64,000 nucleotides of DNA. It comes from a virus. Below the pieces are notes generated by a model. The model searched no databases and had not been told where the DNA came from. It saw only the letters and a program-made list of their open reading frames with translations. Both the position numbers and the translations under genes were made by a program. The stretch spans positions 64,001 through 128,000 of IMG/VR virus record IMGVR_UViG_3300046171_000314. One strand, written 5' to 3'. Shown here in pieces: positions 9,538 to 18,915 of this stretch (position 1 is its first letter; each line of letters opens with the position of its first letter).

Positions 9538-9860
9538 TATTTTTTCACTAAATTTGTGGTATCCGAGCCATCAGGTAAGCGATCACAGATCACCCCTGTC
9601 AAGTCTACGTTGTGTAGGGCAGATTTCAGTTCATTGAAAGATCTCTTCCAATCCTGTTCCATTACAACCTCTGTCCGACCCTCGTGTCCGTGAATAGACC
9701 TGACATCCCCCATGCTATCGTACATTGCAACAGAAGGAGTATCCGACAGCCAAGTAAGGGCGACTTTCCCATTATCAAAAATCACCCCTTGTGCGATTCT
9801 ACCTGTGCCACTAATCCCATTCTCATCTTCAATTCTTTGTAAATAAAATAATTTCGCCAT
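9537..9860 (-). CDS. conserved hypothetical phage protein (start MAKLFYLQR)
   Basis: AAGGAG RBS; R.ED.NGISGTGRIAQGVIFDNGKV..W motif. Confidence 0.7.
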   Translation of the reverse strand: MAKLFYLQRIEDENGISGTGRIAQGVIFDNGKVALTWLSDTPSVAMYDSMGDVRSIHGHEGRTEVVMEQDWKRSFNELKSALHNVDLTGVICDRLPDGSDTTNLVKK

Positions 9861-9861
9861 T

Positions 9862-10215
9862 TCAATCTCCTTTACAGAGCAACCATTGATGTAATTTGTT
9901 TTCCCATTCATCTGAGAGTGTTCCTTTGAAGGGGGGTTGCCCCATATCTTCTTTTCTATAATTAAAGATCAAGTTCCGAAGCCTCCAAATGTTCGGAGGA
10001 ACTCGACAAGAGTGTTCTACTCTTCTATAAGGAGTACCCTTAAAGAAGCACAGAACTAATAAATGATGCCTCGCTTCAAATTTTGCTTCATTCAGTTTCG
10101 TCTGAAACCTTGACTTGAATCTGCTCTTCTTGTGGGTTTTCCTAATGATCCTACAAATGTGCTCAAACTTCTTTATTTCTAAGCGTAGTAACTCAAATTG
10201 AAGCCTATTCATCAT
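9862..10215 (-). CDS. basic hypothetical protein
   Basis: Coupled to HU gene. Confidence 0.6.
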   Translation of the reverse strand: MMNRLQFELLRLEIKKFEHICRIIRKTHKKSRFKSRFQTKLNEAKFEARHHLLVLCFFKGTPYRRVEHSCRVPPNIWRLRNLIFNYRKEDMGQPPFKGTLSDEWENKLHQWLLCKGD

Positions 10216-10492
10216 CTTCTTTGTTCAACTCTTGCTTAAGTTTCTTGCCACATTTGAAGGTAGCAATTGTCCTATCAGGAATCTTCAAAGGTTCGTTGGT
10301 TCTTGGATCTACCCCATCAAAGCCTTTTCTATCAGAAACATTGAATGTTCCAAAATCCGATAAAGTGACTTTATCCCCCTCAACAAGAGATTTCTGTATC
10401 TCTTCTAAAAAGGAATTGATCAGAAGGGTCAGTTCTTTCCTTGTTTTTCCGTGCTTCTTTGCCATCGCAGCAATAATTCTAGTCTTATTCAT
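10205..10492 (-). CDS. hup: HU/IHF-family DNA-binding protein
   Basis: MNKTRII...GDKVTLSDFGTF...GVDPRTNEPLKIP...FKCGKKLK. Confidence 0.92.
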   Translation of the reverse strand: MNKTRIIAAMAKKHGKTRKELTLLINSFLEEIQKSLVEGDKVTLSDFGTFNVSDRKGFDGVDPRTNEPLKIPDRTIATFKCGKKLKQELNKEDDE

Positions 10493-10597
10493 ATTCTCTC
10501 CGACTATCACTTCTACGGAAAAACATTGAAAGAATAACGAGATTTCAATTGAGAAAGAAAAAATCGCTATCTGTCTTCTGTGGTATAGTGTATTTAT

Positions 10598-11070
10598 TGG
10601 GGTTAAGAATCGAGTTCTTGATTAGTTTCCTCTTGAGGAATTTTCTGTCTTTGTGCTGTTCAATTTTATATGTGTAATTGCTGTTATATTTTTCTTAGTT
10701 TCTATGGCAGTTTTACTTTTGGTAGTTTTATTTTTGGATAGTGTAGGTGGGTCTTTCAAGAGGGACTTAAATAAATTCAATTCTTAACCCTATATTTATT
10801 AAGATTGAATTCTTACATCTACATAAAGAAACAAAGGATAGGAATCCAATTCGATAGTCCTTTATGTTCTGTAAGTATTTAAACATCACCTGTGTAGATC
10901 CTTCCCTTTGGTTATTCAAACCAAGTATGAATCTTTGATGGCTCATACTTGGTAGGGGAGGCAGGTGAGTCTTCTTATTCAGAATAAGACGAAGTGTTCT
11001 TTATTCGAGATCAAGCGGTAACTCTCTCAATCAAGAATTAATCTTGTTGCCAAGATCGAACTTCTCGTAC
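10598..11070 (+). ncRNA. candidate structured non-coding RNA (unassigned)
   Basis: ORF-poor interval with successive nested stems, many G-U compatible on + strand; TGGTATAGT promoter-like motif at 10581-10589. Confidence 0.45.
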
Positions 11071-11326
11071 CAACGGTCAGTTGTAAAAATCAAAGAACGA
11101 GGCTTTTGGGGGCTTTCGTTTTAATCCCTAACCCCTCAGGAAATATGAAGATATTGATCGACACATCTTCTGATGCTTCTTTTCTGATGAGAATCTTTTG
11201 GGTATCGAAGCCATAGGGTTTCTCAATAGATCGGAGAACACAAGGAAAAAGCATTTTGATTGTATAGTAAAAATCCAATTCCTGCAATAATTTTTCAATA
11301 AGCATAGAAGGGTAAAAGGAGAACTT

Positions 11327-11662
11327 GTGCCGAAGATAGCAAACCCATTGACAGGTGAAGAAGCCGAAAAAATATTATCCTCTTATGTGATCGATCTCTT
11401 GATGGGGAAGGGTTTAGTGTCTTTCCCCCTATCTTCTATCGGAACTCCTTCTCCTGTTGTGTTGGTTAAGGGAACGCACTCTTCGATTTACGTAGATCGA
11501 GATCAGTGGCAGACTTGTGTCCGACCTATCTTAGAAGATGAATCCTATAAAATATTAAAAACCCCAAAAGGTCGTGAGTTGACAAGAGGGCATGGGTATC
11601 ACCGTTGGCAAGATTTGATAGGAAAAGCCTTGAGAAAGAAGTTCAATTCAAACGGCTACTAG
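11327..11662 (+). CDS. hypothetical protein
   Basis: GTG start with AAGGAG RBS. Confidence 0.6.
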   Translation: MPKIANPLTGEEAEKILSSYVIDLLMGKGLVSFPLSSIGTPSPVVLVKGTHSSIYVDRDQWQTCVRPILEDESYKILKTPKGRELTRGHGYHRWQDLIGKALRKKFNSNGY

Positions 11663-11705
11663 AATTATTTCGGTATTGTGAAAGCATTCAAATAACGGAA
11701 TCACG

Positions 11706-11861
11706 ATGAAAGATATTATTGTTTGGGTGGCTTGCAGAGCCACAACTAAGTGTGAGGGTCAGCGAGCCAAGCAGGTACGACACATTAAAACAGAAGGTGG
11801 TGGTCACATCACCCATTACAGATGCTTAACTTGCAATAAAAAGTTTGTGGTGCGAGTATGA
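11706..11861 (+). CDS. small zinc-ribbon protein (51 aa)
   Basis: Not in track: MKDIIVWVACRATTKC...YRCLTCNKKFVVRV; ATGA overlap with next gene; TTCGGTATT motif at 11669. Confidence 0.65.
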   Translation: MKDIIVWVACRATTKCEGQRAKQVRHIKTEGGGHITHYRCLTCNKKFVVRV

Positions 11862-12457
11862 CCGCACGACTTATTTATGGCAGTGGTGCTTACGATAAAG
11901 CCCTTGAAATCGCACATTCCTTGACCAAAAGAGTATACGACTTTGGTGGGGATAGTCTTTCGACAGAACAAGCCAAAGCAGCCACAGAGAAGATGATCTA
12001 TGCTCCCATAGGCTCAGACCTATGTTGTGTTGTTGTAGGTGCTGTGGATAATGCTAGGGGGTCTGCAACCGATGCTCTCTTGAAAAGCATAGAGGAACAC
12101 CCTGAGTTCATTTTACCCATCTTGTGGGCGAATGGGCTAGACCGTGTGCCCTCTACGATTCGTTCAAGGTGTTCCGCAGAGTGGACAAAAGATACAGACT
12201 TTGCTGATGACTTGTCTGAGTACCACAAATTGGTAGAGGCTTGTTTGGTGTCCGATTATCATATTGCTTTGATGTTGGGCACAGATATAATCTCCGAAAG
12301 TTCTGCGAAAGGATTGTTGATTGGTTTTTCTAAGGTGCTTTCCACGAAGTCTTTTGATAACCCTAAGGTATCTATTTTATGGCAAAGGGTTCGTGAGGCG
12401 TTGATGCAGAATTACCCTCTATCAAAGACAGAGGCATTGGGGGTTATATGTATCTAG
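11858..12457 (+). CDS. holB: DNA polymerase III delta-prime-like clamp-loader subunit (short)
   Basis: ATDALLKSIEEHP and VPSTIRSRC (SRC motif), no Walker A. Confidence 0.75.
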   Translation: MTARLIYGSGAYDKALEIAHSLTKRVYDFGGDSLSTEQAKAATEKMIYAPIGSDLCCVVVGAVDNARGSATDALLKSIEEHPEFILPILWANGLDRVPSTIRSRCSAEWTKDTDFADDLSEYHKLVEACLVSDYHIALMLGTDIISESSAKGLLIGFSKVLSTKSFDNPKVSILWQRVREALMQNYPLSKTEALGVICI

Positions 12458-13407
12458 TTTATGGTGGTCACGAGTTCCTTTGTCGGAGGTCTATTAACGA
12501 CATTCGGAAGGCTATGACAGCAAAGGGTTTCTCGGTACACACTGTTTCCTCTGAAAACCTTGAAGAAGAGGCACAACCAATGTTGTCTCCTGTTTTATCT
12601 TTTATGGGGGGTTCTACTGAAAAGAGTGCCTTTGTAGTGGATGAGGGAGTGGAAGACCTTGACTTGGAGTATGCGTCTTCTCTCGAAAAGGATTTTGGAA
12701 TTCCAATTGTCTTATACTTGAATGGGTCTTTGCCAAGATCAAAAAAACATCCCTTACATTCTTTCATTAAAAAAATACCAAAGAAATGTGTCATTAAACA
12801 TCTTGTGCCAAGCACCTTCAAAGAACATGAGGTCGCTATCACCTTTGTCTTAGGGGAAGCCTCTCGATTAGAGAAAGAACTTAATTCTCAATTGGCAGAA
12901 GGAATTGTTAAAATTTCAGGAACAGATCTCGGTATTCTTTCTTTTGAAATCCTTAAAGCGAGTTATCTTGCTCACGATTCAAAGGAGTTGAAACCTGAAC
13001 ATTTTCGAACCATTTCTTCATTAGCCGAAACCTCTGCTCTTCCTCTTATCCAATCTATTTCAACAAAAAACTTGAAAGAAGTGTTGAAACAGTTTGGGAA
13101 GATGAGAACCACCTATCATCGAGATCCTACTTTGATGGTGTGTGGTTGGCTAGGGTCAGAGGTCTGTAAGTGGCTTACAACCGCTTCTGCTTTGAAGAAA
13201 GGATCAGTAAAACCAAGCGACCTAAATATTCATCCATATGTTTTTCAAAAAAATATCTTGCCTGCGGCAAAAAAATGGGGAGAAAATTCTCTGTTGAAAT
13301 TGCTACATATTATCTCAAATGTTGAAAGGTATGTAAAAACAGGCGGCAAGCACGCTCTTGATAGATTAGAGGTTGAACTTGTATTTCTGATCAAAGAGAA
13401 TCCTTAG
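12448..13407 (+). CDS. holA: DNA polymerase III delta-like clamp-loader subunit
   Basis: MYLVYGGHEFL N-terminus, GTDLGILSFEILKA, LNIHPYV, E..VKTG; adjacent to holB-like gene. Confidence 0.7.
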   Translation: MYLVYGGHEFLCRRSINDIRKAMTAKGFSVHTVSSENLEEEAQPMLSPVLSFMGGSTEKSAFVVDEGVEDLDLEYASSLEKDFGIPIVLYLNGSLPRSKKHPLHSFIKKIPKKCVIKHLVPSTFKEHEVAITFVLGEASRLEKELNSQLAEGIVKISGTDLGILSFEILKASYLAHDSKELKPEHFRTISSLAETSALPLIQSISTKNLKEVLKQFGKMRTTYHRDPTLMVCGWLGSEVCKWLTTASALKKGSVKPSDLNIHPYVFQKNILPAAKKWGENSLLKLLHIISNVERYVKTGGKHALDRLEVELVFLIKENP

Positions 13408-13502
13408 TTAGGTTTTCGTTTCTCTTTTGATAAACATTACTATGATACCGCCATCTTCTAAAGGGCGAATCTCAAACCATCTAAAAAACTTGGAGTACAA
13501 CA

Positions 13503-15440
13503 ATGAACAGCCCCTTAAAAACCATATACTTCCCCAACTTATTGTCTGAGTTTGTGTACACTCGAACCTATTCTCGTTGGAATGGTGAAAGACGAGAGAC
13601 TTGGCAAGAGTCCGTGTCTCGATACATCTCTTTCCTCAGAAAGGAAAGACCACAAGTTCCCCCTGAAGTTTTTCAAAAAGCAGAACAATTGATTTTGAAT
13701 ATGGAAGTGATGGGTTCTATGCGAGCCTTGTGGTCGGCAGGAAACCCTGCAAAGAGAGATAACACTTGTATATACAATTGCTCATTCATTCCTTTGGACA
13801 ATCTCAGAGCCTTTTCAGAGGGTCTTTATATTCTTATGCAAGGGACAGGTGTGGGTTTTTCTGTTGAGCGTCAGTTTGTTAATAATCTTCCTGTGGTTTC
13901 AAAGAAAGATCTTCATAAAATCCTCACACACAAAATTGTCGATAGTGCTGAGGGATGGGCAGAGGCATTGTTCACCGCTTTATATGAAGGATTCACAGGT
14001 GGGTTTGTAAATTTCGACTACTCAGATGTCAGACCTGCGGGAGCAGTTCTCAAAACAAAGGGTGGGAGAGCAAGTGGTCCTGAGCCTTTGAAGAACCTTC
14101 TTGATTATGTTGCTGTTGTGTTGGCGAATGCAGCAGGGAGAAAGTTAACCTCCTTGGAATGTCACGACATTATGTGTATGGTGGGTGAAATAGTTGTTAG
14201 TGGGGGTGTCCGAAGATCGGCTCTTATTTCTTTTTCTGATCCTGACGATGAGGAAATGAGAAACGCAAAGAATTGGAAATTGGGAGAGTTTCCCAAGCAT
14301 AGGTATATGGCGAATAACTCCGCTTACTATGATGAGAAGCCAAGCGAAGATGTGTTTTGGGCAGAATGGGAAGCCCTTGTAGATTCGCAAAGTGGTGAGA
14401 GAGGGTTTTCTATTGGAAATTGGCACACTCGTGCTGATCGACCTTCTTCTGATGTTCGGTCAAACCCTTGTCACGAAATAGGCTTACGGTTTCTTAGGGC
14501 GACTAATCCAATAACAGGTGAAGGTGGTGGCGGTCAGTTTTGTAATCTAAGTGCTGCTATTATGCGTTCGGAAGATACAGAGGATTCTTTTGCTGAGAAG
14601 ATTCAAATAGCCACTTGGATTGGGGCTATTCAAAGTTCTTTCACACACTTTCCGTATCTTAGAAAGGGTTGGGTTCAAACCTGTCAAGAAGATCGCTTAT
14701 TGGGTGTGGATATAACAGGACAATGTGATAACCCTGCATTATCTCAAAATGAGATATTTATGAAGAAGATGAATGATCTCGCCATTAGCACATCCATCAA
14801 AGCAGCGGATTGCTTAGGGATTAACCACCCTGCTGCTGTTACTTGTGGTAAGCCGAGTGGCAATACCTCTCAACTTGTAGATTGTGCAAGTGGTTTTCAT
14901 CCTCGACACAGCAAGTTCTATTACAGACATGTTCGTATTGCAGGACACGACCCTCTTTGTCAGATGATCCGAGATCAAGGCGTTCCGATGTTCAAAGAGA
15001 ATGGAGAAGAAGGGCTAGCCGACAAAGACGTTTCTACTTGGGTTGCTCGTTTCCCTGTCAAAGCCCCTGATGGTGCAATGCTTCGAGACTCTGAAACAGC
15101 CCTTGAGATGTGTGAGAGATACTTACAGATTATGCGGACTTGGTGCTCTGACAAAGGACACAACCAAAGTGTGACTATTTATGTTCGAGAGGGAGAGTGG
15201 AAGACAGTAGGTCAATGGGTTTATGATCACTTCGATGAGATTACAGGACTTTCTTTCTTGCCTTATTTTGGAGGTAACTATCGTCTTGCCCCTTACGAAG
15301 AAATTGATGAAGCAACCTATGAGCAAGCAATGAGCGAAATGCCTATGATAGATTTCTCTCATCTTTCCCACTATGAGAAAGAAGATCGAGGAGAGGGTGC
15401 TCGTGAACTTGCTTGCGTTGGTGGTTCTTGCGAGTTGTAG
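13503..15440 (+). CDS. nrdJ: class II (adenosylcobalamin-dependent) ribonucleotide reductase
   Basis: RTYSRW..RRETW, YNCSF, GTGVGFS, GGVRRSA, SNPCHEI, FCNLS, KPSGNTSQL, C-terminal ACVGGSCEL. Confidence 0.95.
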   Translation: MNSPLKTIYFPNLLSEFVYTRTYSRWNGERRETWQESVSRYISFLRKERPQVPPEVFQKAEQLILNMEVMGSMRALWSAGNPAKRDNTCIYNCSFIPLDNLRAFSEGLYILMQGTGVGFSVERQFVNNLPVVSKKDLHKILTHKIVDSAEGWAEALFTALYEGFTGGFVNFDYSDVRPAGAVLKTKGGRASGPEPLKNLLDYVAVVLANAAGRKLTSLECHDIMCMVGEIVVSGGVRRSALISFSDPDDEEMRNAKNWKLGEFPKHRYMANNSAYYDEKPSEDVFWAEWEALVDSQSGERGFSIGNWHTRADRPSSDVRSNPCHEIGLRFLRATNPITGEGGGGQFCNLSAAIMRSEDTEDSFAEKIQIATWIGAIQSSFTHFPYLRKGWVQTCQEDRLLGVDITGQCDNPALSQNEIFMKKMNDLAISTSIKAADCLGINHPAAVTCGKPSGNTSQLVDCASGFHPRHSKFYYRHVRIAGHDPLCQMIRDQGVPMFKENGEEGLADKDVSTWVARFPVKAPDGAMLRDSETALEMCERYLQIMRTWCSDKGHNQSVTIYVREGEWKTVGQWVYDHFDEITGLSFLPYFGGNYRLAPYEEIDEATYEQAMSEMPMIDFSHLSHYEKEDRGEGARELACVGGSCEL

Positions 15441-15446
15441 TTTTTC

Positions 15447-15462
15447 AATAGTTTATTTATAT
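15447..15462 (+). promoter_or_regulatory. class A putative promoter (degenerate)
   Basis: AATAGT-TTAT-TTATAT. Confidence 0.4.
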
Positions 15463-15510
15463 CCTGTGGGTGTTTGACATCCTTGCAGGATATATTTTTT
15501 GAGGTTTGCT

Positions 15511-16122
15511 ATGAATAGAAGCGTTTACTCCGATTGGGACGACTTTACTGTGGGAGATGATTATGTTTATTGTGAAGAGGACTTTAAGACCTTTCAATAT
15601 CTTGTCGACAAGTTAGAGAAACAAACAAAGAAAGGCATCGATGCTCTTTTACAAAAACACGGTTTCGGAAATCTGACAGTAGACTTTTTTGACATAGAAG
15701 AAACCGAAATGGATGAAGATGGTTACGATATTCATGCCGTAATGTTTTTCAATGGTAAAGGAATCTCTACCTCAAAACTGCAAGAGATTACTTTCACTCT
15801 CACAGGCGATGTGTCCCTCAACACAGAAGAATATGAGTATATGGGCACAGTTCAATCTTGGATGGAATCCCCTCCATATGAGGTTGGCTACATTGAGGTT
15901 ATCTGCCCTGATCGGAAGATAAGTTCCTTTGAGATTATTAAGGGAAAACGTGCAAGTTCTAGTTTTTCGGCTAATGCCTTTATTAAGGCAATTGATGAAT
16001 ACTTAAATAATTTTAGCAAATCGAGAAGAGCCTCAGATTTGGCAAGAGTCCGAAAAAAGAGAGCACATCAAATCTCCAAGAGAAGAAAGCGTTCTAGTGG
16101 GTGCAATTGTCGTAAAAAATAA
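15511..16122 (+). CDS. acidic protein with basic C-terminal tail
   Basis: GAGGT RBS; acidic domain then KRAS/RRAS sites and RRKRSSGCNCRKK tail. Confidence 0.7.
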   Translation: MNRSVYSDWDDFTVGDDYVYCEEDFKTFQYLVDKLEKQTKKGIDALLQKHGFGNLTVDFFDIEETEMDEDGYDIHAVMFFNGKGISTSKLQEITFTLTGDVSLNTEEYEYMGTVQSWMESPPYEVGYIEVICPDRKISSFEIIKGKRASSSFSANAFIKAIDEYLNNFSKSRRASDLARVRKKRAHQISKRRKRSSGCNCRKK

Positions 16123-16150
16123 ACCTTGTGTTATAATTCTCCTTTGTTTT

Positions 16151-16182
16151 CCCCTCCAACATTATGTTGGGGGGGTTTTTTT
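16151..16182 (+). terminator. rho-independent terminator
   Basis: CCCCTCCAAC-ATTAT-GTTGGGGGGG then T7. Confidence 0.8.
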
Positions 16183-16207
16183 ATTTGCAAACAAATGGGG
16201 GTGTTGC

Positions 16208-16217
16208 TTCGGTATAA
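16208..16217 (+). promoter_or_regulatory. class B putative promoter
   Basis: TTCGGTATAA just after terminator, about 25 nt before recD2 start. Confidence 0.55.
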
Positions 16218-16241
16218 ACCATTCAAACAATAGGAGATAGA

Positions 16242-18599
16242 ATGGAAAAGTACTCAGGCAAGATTCAAGCAGTTGTCTTCAAGAACCCTGATGATCATTT
16301 TTATATAATGAAAATACTTCTTGATAAAGTCCCATCAAATAAAGGCTTAACAAAAGAGGTCATTGCTACAGGGAAGGTTTTTGGGGTTCGTGTTCAAAAA
16401 GGTACTTGGCTATCTTTTGAGGCTAACATCACCAATCACGCTAAGTATGGAAACCAACTTAAAATAACAAAAGCCCCTGCATTTGATTCAAAGAATATGA
16501 CCCCAAAAACAATACAGGGGATTCTTCAGGGTCAAGGTGTTTCAGAACTTGTGGCTCGTGCAATAGTCAAAAAGTTCGGAGAGAGTACTTATGGTGTCTT
16601 ATCAGGGGAAGATGCCTCAGAAGCCCTTCAAAGCATATCAGGCATTAACATGATTAGTGCTGACTTCATTCTTCAAAAGTGGAGAGATTTCTTAGCCCTA
16701 CACCAAACGTTTTCCTTCTTCGAGAAGATAGGGTTGTCTAGCAAGAAATATCAGCAGGTTTTCGCTCACTTTGGATCTGATGCAAAAAAAATTATTTCAG
16801 AAGACCCTTACTTATTGACCGACATAGAGGGGATAACCTTTGAACAAGCAGATGCGGTGGCTTCTCATATAGGGATTCCAAAGAACTCTGTGAAGCGAAC
16901 ATCAGGCTTGGTCTTCTCTGCCTTAAAGTCCGATAGGTCTATGGGACATCTTTATCTAACTCCAAGACAAGTCTTTGACTTTGCTAGAAGAAAGGTTGGT
17001 TCTCTTACGGAAAGCGGTTTGTTGACATCTCTCATATACCTGCACAACCATAAGCGACTTGTTTTTAATATCCCTGACTTTGAATCATTGGGCAAGGTCT
17101 TTTCAGTGAAAGATTCTTTTGACTTGGAGGTATCTTCTCTATCCAAAGAAGAGAGGTATATCTTCTTTGAAAAGGGCTGTGTGTATTCTAAGTGGAATTT
17201 CTTAATAGAACAGAGAAGTGCTGAGATGCTTTTGAAAAGACGAGAGACTATATTGCAGGGAGGTAATGTTTGGACAGAGGTTGAAAAAACATTAGAGGAT
17301 GTTCTCTCGGATGACTCCATAGAAATCACTCTTTCTGAGTTACAAAAAGAAGCAATTGTTACCGCATTATCGAACCCTATCTCGGTTATCACAGGGCTTC
17401 CCGGAACAGGAAAAACCACAACCCTGAAAGTTCTTGTGAAGGTTCTTGATAGAGCAGGGATTACTTTTCAGATGGTTGCTCCAACCGCTATTGCTGCAAA
17501 GAGAATATCCCAAGTGACAAGCAAGCCTGCCTATACAATTCACCGAGCCTTTGGTTCAAAGGGCGGCAAAGATCAAGACAACGAAAGGGAGAACACTTAT
17601 TATGGAGTGGTTGGAGAAAAGAAGCCATCTAATTCGACAGAGAGTTCTCAAACCTTTGAGGGGTGGGAGAAAATGCTTTCGGCTAATATCTTGATTTGTG
17701 ATGAGGCAAGTATGGTCGATCAGCATCTTTTGTATCGTATGTTGAAAGGGACGCACGGTAGGTGTCAATTAGTCTTTGTCGGAGACCACGCACAGTTGCC
17801 AAGTGTGGGGGCAGGAGATGTACTGAAGAGTCTTCTACACTACTTTCCTTCTGTTGCTCTCACTGAAATCTTCCGACAAAGCGACACAAGTGATATTGTG
17901 TATGCCGCTCACGACATACACAAAGGTAACACCCCTGATTTGGGGGATACCTCCGACTCTGATTTTGTTTTTATTTCTTGCGAAAGCCACGTTCAGATTC
18001 AAAATCTTATTCTTAAATTATCTCAGAGAGTGTACGAAAAGAGAGTTCCTTTTCAAGTTTTATCTCCAAGACATTCAAGCGAGTTGGGAGTCACAGAACT
18101 CAATCAAAGATTGAGAGAACTACTAAACACCACAGAAGAGCAAAGTGTTATTCGAGTGGGTAGTCAGTTCTTACGAGAGAATGATCGAGTGATGATCACA
18201 AAGAATGATTACAATCGTTCTGTCTTCAATGGTGACACAGGCAAGATTTATCGTATTATGCAGGATAAAAAGGTCATTGTGAAAATACACGGAGAGCAAG
18301 ACTTCTATGTAGATTTCACACCCAACGAGATTTCAAAGTATTTGCGATTGGCATACTGTACAACGGTACATAAGATGCAGGGTCAGGAAACAGGGATAAT
18401 TATTATGCCCTTAGTTCGTATGTTTTCAAGTCAATTGCAAAGGAACTTGTTGTACACAGCAATAACAAGAGCCAAAGAAAAGGTCATTCTTATAGGACAT
18501 CAAGACTCTTTGATAAAAGCCATAGACAATGACAAAGCCTCAGAAAGAAACACAAGACTTTTGGACAGGCTGCAAGAATACGTTTTGGAATCGGTATAA
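16242..18599 (+). CDS. recD2: RecD2-like SF1B DNA helicase
   Basis: N-terminal OB/HhH region; TGLPGTGKTT, APTAIAA, TIHR, DEASMVD, GDHAQLPSVGAG, LAYCTTVHKMQGQE, LLYTAITRA. Confidence 0.95.
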   Translation: MEKYSGKIQAVVFKNPDDHFYIMKILLDKVPSNKGLTKEVIATGKVFGVRVQKGTWLSFEANITNHAKYGNQLKITKAPAFDSKNMTPKTIQGILQGQGVSELVARAIVKKFGESTYGVLSGEDASEALQSISGINMISADFILQKWRDFLALHQTFSFFEKIGLSSKKYQQVFAHFGSDAKKIISEDPYLLTDIEGITFEQADAVASHIGIPKNSVKRTSGLVFSALKSDRSMGHLYLTPRQVFDFARRKVGSLTESGLLTSLIYLHNHKRLVFNIPDFESLGKVFSVKDSFDLEVSSLSKEERYIFFEKGCVYSKWNFLIEQRSAEMLLKRRETILQGGNVWTEVEKTLEDVLSDDSIEITLSELQKEAIVTALSNPISVITGLPGTGKTTTLKVLVKVLDRAGITFQMVAPTAIAAKRISQVTSKPAYTIHRAFGSKGGKDQDNERENTYYGVVGEKKPSNSTESSQTFEGWEKMLSANILICDEASMVDQHLLYRMLKGTHGRCQLVFVGDHAQLPSVGAGDVLKSLLHYFPSVALTEIFRQSDTSDIVYAAHDIHKGNTPDLGDTSDSDFVFISCESHVQIQNLILKLSQRVYEKRVPFQVLSPRHSSELGVTELNQRLRELLNTTEEQSVIRVGSQFLRENDRVMITKNDYNRSVFNGDTGKIYRIMQDKKVIVKIHGEQDFYVDFTPNEISKYLRLAYCTTVHKMQGQETGIIIMPLVRMFSSQLQRNLLYTAITRAKEKVILIGHQDSLIKAIDNDKASERNTRLLDRLQEYVLESV

Positions 18600-18615
18600 G
18601 AACACAGAGGATATT

Positions 18616-18915
18616 ATGAGAACTTTAGAAGAAATACAAAAAGGACTATTGGTGGGACAGGTAACCGCCACTAGAACTCTTAGGAGTAAGTCAGGAGACA
18701 TCATCACTTCAATCATTGGTGAGTGGGGCAGTGATACAAACAAACTCAGTTTGAAAGAGGTACAGGTCGCCTACCTATTGGTTTCTCGTGAAGCCGATAT
18801 AGGGGCTTTACGGTCACAATATGCCAAAGGGCTAGTAGATGCCATTGAATTTGAAACACAATTGCAGAGTATGAAATATCGGTATGAAGAACAGATAAAG
18901 GAGATATCAAAATGA
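18616..18915 (+). CDS. hypothetical protein (start MRTLEE)
   Basis: GAGG RBS; TCGGTATAA at 18591. Confidence 0.65.
   Translation: MRTLEEIQKGLLVGQVTATRTLRSKSGDIITSIIGEWGSDTNKLSLKEVQVAYLLVSREADIGALRSQYAKGLVDAIEFETQLQSMKYRYEEQIKEISK

Noticed and set aside
10598-11090. tmRNA, RNase P RNA or tRNA in the structured interval
   Set aside because: It begins with GGGG but has no T-arm (GTTCRA) with a CCA end and no GAGGAAAGTCC RNase P motif
11090-11305. 71-aa minus-strand ORF in the track
   Set aside because: No convincing RBS or recognisable motif; lies in the divergent intergenic region; left uncalled
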